From the NCBI RefSeq assembly GCF_009914755.1, contig NC_060943.1: a stretch of 64,000 bases of DNA. One strand, written 5' to 3'. Made by a program: the position numbers and the translations under genes. This DNA comes from the human T2T-CHM13v2.0 reference genome, Homo sapiens. Shown here one piece after another: positions 14,368 through 27,100 of the stretch; the first letter of the stretch is position 1; each line of letters starts with the position of its first letter. Below the pieces are notes generated by a model. It saw nothing but the letters and a program-made list of their open reading frames with translations, ran no database searches and was not told where the DNA came from.

Positions 14368-17300
14368 GTGATTCTCAGAAACTCCTTTGTGATGTCTGCG
14401 TTCAACTCACAGAGTTTAACCTTTCTTTTCATAGAGCAGTTAGGAAACACTCTGTTTGTAAAGTCTGCAAGTGGATATTCAGACCTCCTTGAGGCTTTCG
14501 TTGGAAACGGGATTTCTACATATTATGCTAGACAGAAGAATTCTCAGTAACTTCCTTGTGTTGTGTGTATTCAACTCACAGAGTTGAATGATCCTTTACA
14601 CAGAGCAGACTTGAAACACTCTTTTTGTGGAATTTGCAAGTGGAGATTTCAGCCGCTTTGTGGTCAATGGTAGAATAGGAAATATCTTCCTATAGAAACT
14701 AGACAGAATGATTCTCAGAAACTCCTTTGTGATGTGTGCGTTCAACTCACAGAGTTCAACCTTTCTTTTCATAGAGCAGTTGGGAAACACTCTGTTTGTA
14801 AAGTCTGCAAGTGGATATTCAGACTTCTTTGAGGCCTTCGTTGGAAGCGGGATTTCTTCATATTCTGCTAGACAGAAGAATTCTCAGTAACTTCCTTGTG
14901 TTGTGTGTATTCAACTCACAGAGTTGAATGATCCTTTACACAGAACAGACTTGAAACACTCTTGTTGTGGAATTTTAAAGTGGAGATTTCAGCCGCTTTG
15001 AGGTCAACGGTAGAATAGGTAATATCTTCCTATAGAAACTAGACAGAATGATTCTCAGAAACTCCTTTGTGATGTGTGCGTTCAACTCACAGAGTTTAAC
15101 CTTTCTTTTCATAGAGCAGTTAGGAAACACTCTGTTTGTAAAGTCTGCAAGTGGATATTCAGACCTCCTTGAGGCCTTCGTTGGAAACGGGATTTCTTCA
15201 TATTATGCTAGACAGAAGAATTCTCAGTAACTTCCTTGTGTTGTGTGTATTCAACTCACAGAGTTGAACGATCCTTTACACAGAGCAGACTTGAAACACT
15301 CTTTTTGTGGAATTTGCAAGTGGAGATTTCTGCCGCTTTGAGGTCAATGGTAGAATAGGAAATATCTTCCTATAGAAACTAGACAGAATGATTCTCAGAA
15401 ACTCCTTTGTGATGTGTGCGTTCAACTCACAGAGTTTAACCTTTCTTTTCATAGAGCAGTTAGGAAACACTCTGTTTGTAAAGTCTGCAAGTGGATATTC
15501 AGACCTCTTTGAGGCCTTCGTTGGAAACGGGATTTCTTCATATTATGCTAGACAGAAGGATTCTCAGTAACTTCCTTGTGTTGTGTGTATTCAACTCACA
15601 GAGTTGAACGATCCTTTACACAGAGCAGACTTGAAACACTCTTTTTGTGGAATTTGCAAGTGGAGATTTCAGCCGCTTTGAGGTCAATGGTAGAAAAGGA
15701 GATATCTTCGTATAAAAACTAGACAGAATGATTCTCAGAAACTCCTTTGTGATGTGTGCGTTCAACTCACAGAGTTTAACCTTTCTTTTCATAGAGCAGT
15801 TAGGAAACACTCTGTTTGTAAAATCTGCAAGTGGATATTCAGACCTCTTTGAGGCCTTCGTTGGAAACGGGATTTCTTCATATTATGCTAGACAGAAGAA
15901 TTCTCAGTAACTTCCTTGTGTTGTGTGTATTCAACTCACAGAGTTGAACGATCCTTTACACAGAGCAGACTTGAAACACTCTTTTTGTGGAATTTGCAAG
16001 TGGAGATTTCAGCCGCTTTGAGGTCAATGGTAGAATAGGAAATATCTTCCTATAGAAACTAGACAGAATGATTCTCAGAAACTCCTTTGTGATGTGTGCG
16101 TTCAACTCACAGAGTTTAACCTTTCTTTTCATAGAGCAGTTAGGAAATACTCTGTTTGTAAAGTCTGCAAGTGGATATTCAGACCTCCTTGAGGCCTTCG
16201 TTGGAAACTGCATTTCTTCATATTATGCTAGACAGAAGAATTCTCAGTAACTTCCTTGTGTTGTGTGTATTCAACTCACAGAGTTGAACGATCCTTTACA
16301 CAGAGCAGACTTGAAACTCTCTTTTTGTGGAATTTGCAAGTGGAGATTTCAGCCGCTTTGAGTTCAATGGTAGAATAGGAAATATCTTCCTATAGAAACT
16401 AGACAGAATGATTCTCAAAAACTCCTTTGTGATGTGTGCGTTCAACTCACAGAGTTCAACCTTTCTTTTCCTAGAGCAGTTGGGAAACACTCTGTTTGTA
16501 AAGTCTGCAAGTGGATATTCAGACTTCTTTGAGGCCTTCGTTGGAAGCGGGATTTCTTCATATTCTGCTAGACAGAAGAATTCTCAGTAACTTCCTTCTG
16601 TTGTGTGTATTCAACTCACAGAGTTGAATGATCCTTTACACAGAACAGTCTTGAAACACTCTTTTTGTGGAATTTGCAAGTGGAGATTTCAGCCGCTTTG
16701 AGGTCAATGGTAGAATAGGAAATATCTTCCTATAGAAACTAGACAGAATGATTCTCAGAAACTCCTTTGTGATGTGTGCGTTCAAGTCACAGAGTTTAAC
16801 CTTTCTTTTCATAGAGCAGTTAGGAAACACTCTGTTTGTAAAGTCTGCAAGTGGATATTCAGACATCTTTGAGGCTTTCGTTGGAAAAGGGTTTTCTTCA
16901 TATTCTGCTAGACAGAAGAATTCTCAGAAACTTCGTTGTGTTGTGTGTTTTCAACTCACAGAGTTCAACGATCCTTTACACAGAGTAGACTTGAAACACT
17001 CTTTTTGTGGAATTGGCAGGGTGGAGATTTCAGCCGATTTGAGGTCAATGGTAGAAAAGGAAATATCTTCGTATAAAAACTAGACAGAGTGATTCTCAGA
17101 AACTCCTTTGTGATGTCTGCGTTTAACTCACAGAGTTTAACCATTCTTTTCATAGAGCAGTTAGGAAACACTCTGTTTGTAAAGTGTGCAAGTGGATTTT
17201 CAGACCTCCTTGAGGCCTTCGTTGGAAACGGGATTTCTTCATATTATGCTAGACAGAAGAATTCTCAGTAACTTCCTTGTGTTGTGTGTATTCAACTCAC

Positions 17301-20300
17301 AGAGTTGAACGATCCTTTACACAGAGCAGACTTGAAACACTCTTTTTGTGGAATTTGCAAGTGGAGATTTCAGCCGCTTTGAGGTCAATGGTAGAATAGG
17401 AAATATCTTCCTATAGAAACTAGACAGAATGATTCTCCGAAACTCCTTTGTGATGTGTGCGTTCAACTCACAGAGTTTAACCTTTCTTTTCATAGAGCAG
17501 TTAGGAAACACTCTGTTTGTAAAGTCTGCAAGTGGATATTCAGACCTCTTTGAGGCCTTCGTTGGAAACGGGATTTCTTCATATTCTGCTAGAAAGAAGA
17601 ATTCTCAGTAACTTCCTTGTGTTGTGTGTATTCAACTCACAGAGTTGAATGATCCTTTACACAGAACAGTCTTGAAACACTCTTTTTGTGGAATTTGCAA
17701 GTGGAGATTTCAGCCGCTTTGAGGTCAATGGTAGAATAGGAAATATCTTCCTATAGAAACTAGACAGAATGATTCTCAGAAACTCCTTTGAGATGTGTGC
17801 GTTCAACTCACAGAGTTTAACCTTTCTTTTCATAGAGCAGTTAGGAAACACTCTGTTTGTAAAGTCTGCAAGTGGATATTCAGACATCTTTGAGGCTTTC
17901 GTTGGAAACGGGATTTCTTCATATTCTGCTAGACAGAAGAATTCTCAGAAACTTCGATGTGTTGTGTGTTTTCAAATCACAGAATTCAAAGATCCTTTAC
18001 ACAGAGTAGACTTGAAACACTCTTTTTGTGGAATTGGCAGGGTGGAGATTTCAGCCGCTATGAGGTCAATGGTAGAAAAGGAAATATCTTCATATAAAAA
18101 CTAGACAGAATGATTCTCAGAAACTCCTTTGTGATGTCTGCGTTCAACTCACAGAGTTTAACCTTTCTTTTCATAGAGCAGTTAGGAAACACTCTGTTTG
18201 TAAAGTCTGCAAGTGGATATTCAGACCTCTTTGAGACCTTCGTTGGAAACGGGATTTCTTCATATTCTGCTATACAGAAGAATTCTCAGTAACTTCCTTG
18301 TGTTGTGTGTATTCAACTCACAGAGTTGAACGATCCTTTACACAGAGCAGACTTGAAACACTCTTTTTGTGGAATTTGCAAGTGGAGATTTCAGCCGCTT
18401 TGAGGTCAATGGTAGAAAAGGAAATATCTTCCTATAGAAACTAGACAGAATGATTCTCAGAAACTCCTTTGTGATGTGTGCGTTCAACTCACAGAGTTCA
18501 ACCTTTCTTTTCATAGAGCAGTTGGGAAACACTCTGTTTGTAAAGTCTGCAAGTGGATATTCAGACTTCTTTGAGGCCTTCGTTGGAAGCGGGATTTCTT
18601 CATATTCTGCTAGACAGAAGAATTCTCAGTAACTTCCTTGTGTTGTGTGTATTCAACTCACAGAGTTGAATGATCCTTTACACAGAACAGACTTGAAACA
18701 CTCTTGTTGTGGAATTTTCAAGTGGAGATTTGAGCCGCTTTGAGGTCAACGGTAGAATAGGTAATATCTTCCTATAGAAACTAGACAGAATGATTCTCAG
18801 AAACTCCTTTGTGATGTGTGCGTTCAACTCACAGAGTTTAACCTTTCTTTTCATAGAGCAGTTAGGAAACACTCTGTTTGTAAAGTCTGCAAGTGGATAT
18901 TCAGACCTCCTTGAGGCCTTCGTTGGAAACGGGATTTCTTCATATTATGCTAGACAGAAGAATTCTCAGTAACTTCCTTGTGTTGTGTGTATTCAACTCA
19001 CAGAGTTGAACGATCCTTTACACAGAGCAGACTTGAAACACTCTTTTTGTGGAATTTGCAAGTGGAGATTTCTGCCGCTTTGAGGTCAATGGTAGAATAG
19101 GAAATATCTTCCTATAGAAACTAGACAGAATGATTCTCAGAAACTCCTTTGTGATGTGTGCGTTCAACTCACAGAGTTTAACCTTTCTTTTCATAGAGCA
19201 GTTAGGAAACACTCTGTTTGTAAAGTCTGCAAGTGGATATTCAGACCTCTTTGAGGCCTTCGTTGGAAACGGGATTTCTTCATATTATGCTAGACAGAAG
19301 AATTCTTAGTAACTTCCTTGTGTTGTGTGTATTCAACTCACAGAGTTGAACGATCCTTTACACAGAGCAGACTTGAAACACTCTTTTTGTGGAATTTGCA
19401 AGTGGAGATTTCAGCAGCTTTAAGGTCAATGGTAGAATAGGAAATATCTTCCTATAGAAACTAGACAGAATGATTCTGAGAAACTCCTTTGTGATGTGTG
19501 CGTTCAACTCACAGAGTTTAACCTTTCTTTCATATAGCAGTTAGGAAACACTCTGTTTGTAAAGTCTGCAAGTGGATATTCAGACCTCCTTGAGGCCTTC
19601 GTTGGAAACGGGATTTCTTCATATTATGCTAGACAGAAGAATTCTCAGTAACTTCCTTGTGTTGTGTGTATTCAACTCACAGAGTTGAACGATCCTTTAC
19701 ACAGAGCAGACTTGAAACACTCTTTTTGTGGAATTTGCAAGTGGAGATTTCAGCCGCTTTGGGTTGAATGGTAGAATAGGAAATATCTTCCTATAGAAAC
19801 TAGACAGAATGATTCTCAGAAACTCCTTTGTGATGTGTGCGTTCAACTCACAGAGTTCAACCTTTCTTTTCATAGAGCAGTTGGGAAACACTCTGTTTGT
19901 AAATTCTGCAAATGCATATTCAGACTTCTTTGAGGCCTTCGTTGGAAGCGGGATTTCTTCATATTCTGCTAGACAGAAGAATTCTCAGAAACTTCGATGT
20001 GTTGTGTGTTTTCAAATCACAGAGTTCAACGATCCTTTACACAGAGTAGACTTGAAACACTCTTTTTGTGGAATTGGCAGGGTGGAGATTTCAGCCGCTT
20101 TGAGGTCAATGGTAGAAAAGGAAATATCTTCGTATAAAAACTAGACAGAGTGATTCTCAGAAACTCCTTTGTGATGTCTGCGTTCAACTCACAGAGTTTA
20201 ACCTTTCTTTTCATAGAGCAGTTAGGAAACACTCTGTTTGTAAAGTCTGCAAGTGGATATTCAGACCTCCTTGAGGCTTTCGTTGGAAACGGGATTTCTA

Positions 20301-21170
20301 CATATTATGCTAGACAGAAGAATTCTCAGTAACTTCCTTGTGTTGTGTGTATTCAACTCACAGAGTTGAATGATCCTTTACACAGAGCAGACTTGAAACA
20401 CTCTTTTTGTGGAATTTGCAAGTGGAGATTTCAGCCGCTTTGAGGTCAATGGTAGAATAGGAAATATCTTCCTATAGAAACTAGACAGAATGATTCTCAG
20501 AAACTCCTTTGTGATGTGTGCGTTCAACTCACAGAGTTCAACCTTTCTTTTCATAGAGCAGTTGGGAAACACTCTGTTTGTAAAGTCTGCAAGTGGATAT
20601 TCAGACTTCTTTGAGGCCTTCGTTGGAAGCGGGATTTCTTCATATTCTGCTAGACAGAAGAATTCTCAGTAACTTCCTTGTGTTGTGTGTATTCAACTCA
20701 CAGAGTTGAACGATCCTTTACACAGAGCAGACTTGAAACACTCTTTTTGTGGAATTTGCAAGTGGAGATTTCAGCCGCTTTGAGGTCAATGGTAGAATAG
20801 GAAATATCTTCCTATAGAAACTAGACAGAATGATTCTCAGAAACTCCTTTGTGATGTGTGCGTTCAACTCACAGAGTTCAACCTTTCTTTTCATAGAGCA
20901 GTTGGGAAACACTCTGTTTGTAAATTCTGCAAATGCATATTCAGACTTCTTTGAGGCCTTCGTTGGAAGCGGGATTTCTTCATATTCTGCTAGACAGAAG
21001 AATTCTCAGAAACTTCGATGTGTTGTGTGTTTTCAAATCACAGAGTTCAACGATCCTTTACACAGAGTAGACTTGAAACACTCTTTTTGTGGAATTGGCA
21101 GGGTGGAGATTTCAGCCGCTTTGAGGTCAATGGTAGAAAAGGAAATATCTTCGTATAAAAACTAGACAGA

Positions 21171-24100
21171 GTGATTCTCAGAAACTCCTTTGTGAAGTCT
21201 GCGTTCAACTCACAGAGTTTAAGCTTTCTTTTCATAGAGCAGTTAGGAAACACTCTGTTTGTAAAGTCTGCAAGTGGATATTCAGACCTCCTTGAGGCTT
21301 TCGTTGGAAACGGGATTTCTACATATTATGCTAGACAGAAGAATTCTCAGTAACTTCCTTGTGTTGTGTGTATTCAACTCACAGAGTTGAATGATCCTTT
21401 ACACAGAGCAGACTTGAGACACTCTTTTTGTGGAATTTGCAAGTGGAGATTTCAGCCGCTTTGAGGTCAATGGTAGAATAGGAAATATCTTCCTATAGAA
21501 ACTAGACAGAATGATTCTCAGAAACTCCTTTGTGATGTGTGCGTTCAACTCACAGAGTTCAACCTTTCTTTTCATAGAGCAGTTGGGAAACACTCTGTTT
21601 GTAAAGTCTGCAAGTGGATATTCAGACTTCTTTGAGGCCTTCGTTGGAAGCGGGATTTCTTCATATTCTGCTAGACAGAAGAATTCTCAGTAACTTCCTT
21701 GTGTTGTGTGTATTCAACTCACAGAGTTGAACGATCCTTTACACAGAGCAGACTTGAAACACTCTTTTTGTGGAATTTGCAAGTGGAGATTCCAGCCGCT
21801 TTGAGGTCAATGGTAGAATAGGAAATATCTTCCTATAGAAACTAGACAGAATGATTCTCAGAAACTCCTTTGTGATGTGTGCGTTCAACTCACAGAGTTT
21901 AACCTTTCTTTTCATAGAGCAGTTAGGAAACACTCTGTTTGTAAAGTCTGCAAGTGGATATTCAGACATCTTTGAGGCTTTCGCTGGAAACGGGATTTCT
22001 TCATATTCTGCTAGAAAGAAGAATTCTCAGTAACTTCCTTGTGTTGTGTGTATTCAACTCACAGACTTGAATGATCCTTTACACAGAACAGTCTTGAGAG
22101 ACTCTTTTTGTGGAATTTGCAAGTGGAGATTTCAGCCGCTTTGAGGTCAATGGTAGAATAGGAAATATCTTCCAATAGAAACAAGACAGAATGATTCTCA
22201 GAAACTCCTTTGTGATGTGGGCGTTCAACTCACAGAGTTTAACCTTTCTTTTCATAGAGCAGTTAGGAAACACTCTGTTTGTAAAGTCTGCAAGTGGATA
22301 TTCAGACATCTTTGAGGCTTTCGTTGGAAACGGGATTTCTTCATATTCTGATATACAGAAGAATTCTCAGAAACTTCCTTGTGTTGTGTGTATTCAACTC
22401 ACAGAGTTGAACGATCCTTTACACAGAGCAGACTTGAAACACTCTTTTTGTGGAATTTGCAAGTGGAGATTTCAGCCGCTTTGAGGTCAATGGTAGAAAA
22501 GGAAATATCTTCCTATAGAAACTAGACAGAATGATTCTCAGAAACTCCTTTGTGATGTGTGCGTTCAACTCACAGAGTTTAACCTTTCTTTTCATAGAGC
22601 AGTTAGGAAACACTCTTTTTGTAAAGTCTGCAAGTGGATATTCAGACCTCCTTGAGGCCTTCGTTGGAAACGGGATTTCTTCATATTCTGCTAGACAGAA
22701 GAATTCTCAGTAACTTCCTTGTGTTGTGTGTATTCAACTCACAGAGTTGAACGATCCTTTACACAGAGCAGACTTGAAACACTCTTTTTGTGGAATTTGC
22801 AAGTGGAGATTCCAGCCGCTTTGAGGTCAATGGTAGAATAGGAAATATCTTCCTATAGAAACTAGACAGAATGATTCTCAGAAACTCCTTTGTGATGTGT
22901 GCGTTCAACTCACAGAGTTTAACCTTTCTTTTCATAGAGCAGTTAGGAAACACTCTGTTTGTAAAGTCTGCAAGTGGATATTCAGACATCTTTGAGGCTT
23001 TCGCTGGAAACGGGATTTCTTCATATTCTGCTAGAAAGAAGAATTCTCAGTAACTTCCTTGTGTTGTGTGTATTCAACTCACAGACTTGAATGATCCTTT
23101 ACACAGAACAGTCTTGAGAGACTCTTTTTGTGGAATTTGCAAGTGGAGATTTCAGCCGCTTTGAGGTCAATGGTAGAATAGGAAATATCTTCCAATAGAA
23201 ACAAGACAGAATGATTCTCAGAAACTCCTTTGTGATGTGGGCGTTCAACTCACAGAGTTTAACCTTTCTTTTCATAGAGCAGTTAGGAAACACTCTGTTT
23301 GTAAAGTCTGCAAGTGGATATTCAGACATCTTTGAGGCTTTCGTTGGAAACGGGATTTCTTCATATTCTGATATACAGAAGAATTCTCAGAAACTTCCTT
23401 GTGTTGTGTGTATTCAACTCACAGAGTTGAACGATCCTTTACACAGAGCAGACTTGAAACACTCTTTTTGTGGAATTTGCAAGTGGAGATTTCAGCCGCT
23501 TTGAGGTCAATGGTAGAAAAGGAAATATCTTCCTATAGAAACTAGACAGAATGATTCTCAGAAACTCCTTTGTGATGTGTGCGTTCAACTCACAGAGTTT
23601 AACCTTTCTTTTCATAGAGCAGTTAGGAAACACTCTGTTTGTAAAGTCTGCAAGTGGATATTCAGACCTCTTTGAGACCTTCGTTGGAAACGGGATTTCT
23701 TCATATTATGCTAGACAGAAGAATTCTCAGTAACTTCCTTGTGTTGTGTGTATTCAACTCACAGAGTTGTACGATCCTTTACACAGAGCAGACTTGAAAC
23801 ACTCTTTTTGTGGAATTTGCAAGTGGAGATTTCAGCCGCTTTGAGGTCAATGGTAGAAAAGGAAATATCTTCCTATAGAAACTAGACAGAATGATTCTCA
23901 GAAACTCCTTTGTGTTGTGTGCGTTCAACTCACAGAGTTCAACCTTTCTTTTCATAGAGCAGTTGGGAAACACTCTGTTTGTAAAGTCTGCAAGTGGATA
24001 TTCAGACTTCTTTGAGGCCTTCGTTGGAAGCGGGATTTCTTCATATTCTGCTAGACAGAAGAATTCTCAGTAACTTCCTTGTGTTGTGTGTATTCAACTC

Positions 24101-27100
24101 ACAGAGTTGAATGATCCTTTACACAGAACAGACTTGAAACACTCTTGTTGTGGAATTTTAAAGTGGAGATTTCAGCCGCTTTGAGGTCAACGGTAGAATA
24201 GGTAATATCTTCCTATAGAAACTAGACAGAATGATTCTCAGAAACTCCTTTGTGATGTGTGCGTTCAACTCACAGAGTTTAACCTTTCTTTTCGTAGAGC
24301 AGTTAGGAAACACTCTGTTTGTAAAGTCTACAAGTGGATATTCAGACCTCCTTGAGGCCTTCGTTGGAAACGGGATTTCTTCATATTATGCTAGACAGAA
24401 GAATTCTCAGTAACTTCCTTGTGTTGTGTGTATTCAACTCACAGAGTTGAACGATCCTTTACACAGAGCAGACTTGAAACACTCTTTTTGTGGAATTTGC
24501 AAGTGGAGATTTCTGCCGCTTTGAGGTCAATGGTAGAATAGGAAATATCTTCCTATAGAAACTAGACAGAATGATTCTCAGAAACTCCTTTGTGATGTGT
24601 GCGTTCAACTCACAGAGTTTAACCTTTCTTTTCATAGAGCAGTTAGGAAACACTCTGTTTGTAAAGTCTGCAAGTGGATATTCAGACCTCTTTGAGGCCT
24701 TCGTTGGAAACGGGATTTCTTCATATTATGCTAGACAGAAGGATTCTCAGTAACTTCCTTGTGTTGTGTGTTTTCAACTCACAGAGTTGAACGATCCTTT
24801 ACACAGAGCAGACTTGAAACACTCTTTTTGTGGAATTTGCAAGTGGAGATTTCAGCCGCTTTGAGTTCAATGGTAGAAAAGGAGATATCTTCGTATAAAA
24901 ACTAGACAGAATGATTCTGAGAAACTCCTTTGTGATGTGTGCGTTCAACACACAGAGTTTAACCTTTCTTTTCATAGAGCAGTTAGGAAACACTCTGTTT
25001 GTAAAGTCTGCAAGTGGATATTCAGACCTCCTTGAGGCCTTCGTTGGAAACGGGATTTCTTCATATTCTGCTAGACAGAAGAATTCTCAGTAACTTCCTT
25101 GTGTTTTGTGTATTCAACTCACAGAGTTGAATGATCCTTTACACAGAACAGACTTGAAACACTCTTGTTGTGGAATTTTCAAGTGGAGATTTCAGCCGCT
25201 TTGAGGTCAACGGTAGAATAGGAAATATCTTCCTATAGAAACTAGACAGAATGATTCTCAGAAACTCCTTTGTGATGTGTGCGTTCAACTCACAGAGTTT
25301 AACCTTTCTTTTCATAGAGCAGTTAGGAAACACTCTGTTTGTAAAGTCTGCAAGTGGATATTCAGACCTCCTTGAGGCCTTCGTTGGAAACGGGATTTCT
25401 TCATATTATGCTAGACAGAAGAATTCTCAGTAACTTCCTTGTGTTGTGTGTATTCAACTCACAGAGTTGAACGATCCTTTACACAGAGCAGACTTGAAAC
25501 ACTCTTTTTGTGGAATTTGCAAGTGGAGATTTCAGCCGCTTTGAGGTCAATGGTAGAATAGGAAATATCTTCCTATAGAAACTAGACAGAATGATTCTCA
25601 GAAACTCCTTTGTGATGTGTGCGTTCAACTCACAGAGTTTAACCTTTCTTTTCATAGAGCAGTTAGGAAACACTCTGTTTGTAAAGTCTGCAAGTGGATA
25701 TTCAGACCTCTTTGAGGCCTTCGTTGGAAACGGGATTTCTTCATATTATGCTAGACAGAAGAATTCTTAGTAACTTCCTTGTGTTGTGTGTATTCAACTC
25801 ACAGAGTTGAACGATCCTTTACACAGAGCAGACTTGAAACACTCTTTTTGTGGAATTTGCAAGTGGAGATTTCAGCAGCTTTAAGGTCAATGGTAGAATA
25901 GGAAATATCTTCCTATAGAAACTAGACAGAATGATTCTGAGAAACTCCTTTGTGATGTGTGCGTTCAACTCACAGAGTTTAACCTTTCTTTCATATAGCA
26001 GTTAGGAAACACTCTGTTTGTAAAGTCTGCAAGTGGATATTCAGACCTCCTTGAGGCCTTCGTTGGAAACGGGATTTCTTCATATTATGCTAGACAGAAG
26101 AATTCTCAGTAACTTCCTTGTGTTGTGTGTATTCAACTCACAGAGTTGAACGATCCTTTACACAGAGCAGACTTGAAACACTCTTTTTGTGGAATTTGCA
26201 AGTGGAGATTTCAGCCGCTTTGGGTTGAATGGTAGAATAGGAAATATCTTCCTATAGAAACTAGACAGAATGATTCTCAGAAACTCCTTTGTGATGTGTG
26301 CGTTCAACTCACAGAGTTCAACCTTTCTTTTCATAGAGCAGTTGGGAAACACTCTGTTTGTAAATTCTGCAAATGCATATTCAGACTTCTTTGAGGCCTT
26401 CGTTGGAAGCGGGATTTCTTCATATTCTGCTAGACAGAAGAATTCTCAGAAACTTCGATGTGTTGTGTGTTTTCAAATCACAGAGTTCAACGATCCTTTA
26501 CACAGAGTAGACTTGAAACACTCTTTTTGTGGAATTGGCAGGGTGGAGATTTCAGCCGCTTTGAGGTCAATGGTAGAAAAGGAAATATCTTCGTATAAAA
26601 ACTAGACAGAGTGATTCTCAGAAACTCCTTTGTGATGTCTGCGTTCAACTCACAGAGTTTAACCTTTCTTTTCATAGAGCAGTTAGGAAACACTCTGTTT
26701 GTAAAGTCTGCAAGTGGATATTCAGACCTCCTTGAGGCTTTCGTTGGAAACGGGATTTCTACATATTATGCTAGACAGAAGAATTCTCAGTAACTTCCTT
26801 GTGTTGTGTGTATTCAACTCACAGAGTTGAATGATCCTTTACACAGAGCAGACTTGAAACACTCTTTTTGTGGAATTTGCAAGTGGAGATTTCAGCCGCT
26901 TTGAGGTCAATGGTAGAATAGGAAATATCTTCCTATAGAAACTAGACAGAATGATTCTCAGAAACTCCTTTGTGATGTGTGCGTTCAACTCACAGAGTTC
27001 AACCTTTCTTTTCATAGAGCAGTTGGGAAACACTCTGTTTGTAAAGTCTGCAAGTGGATATTCAGACTTCTTTGAGGCCTTCGTTGGAAGCGGGATTTCT

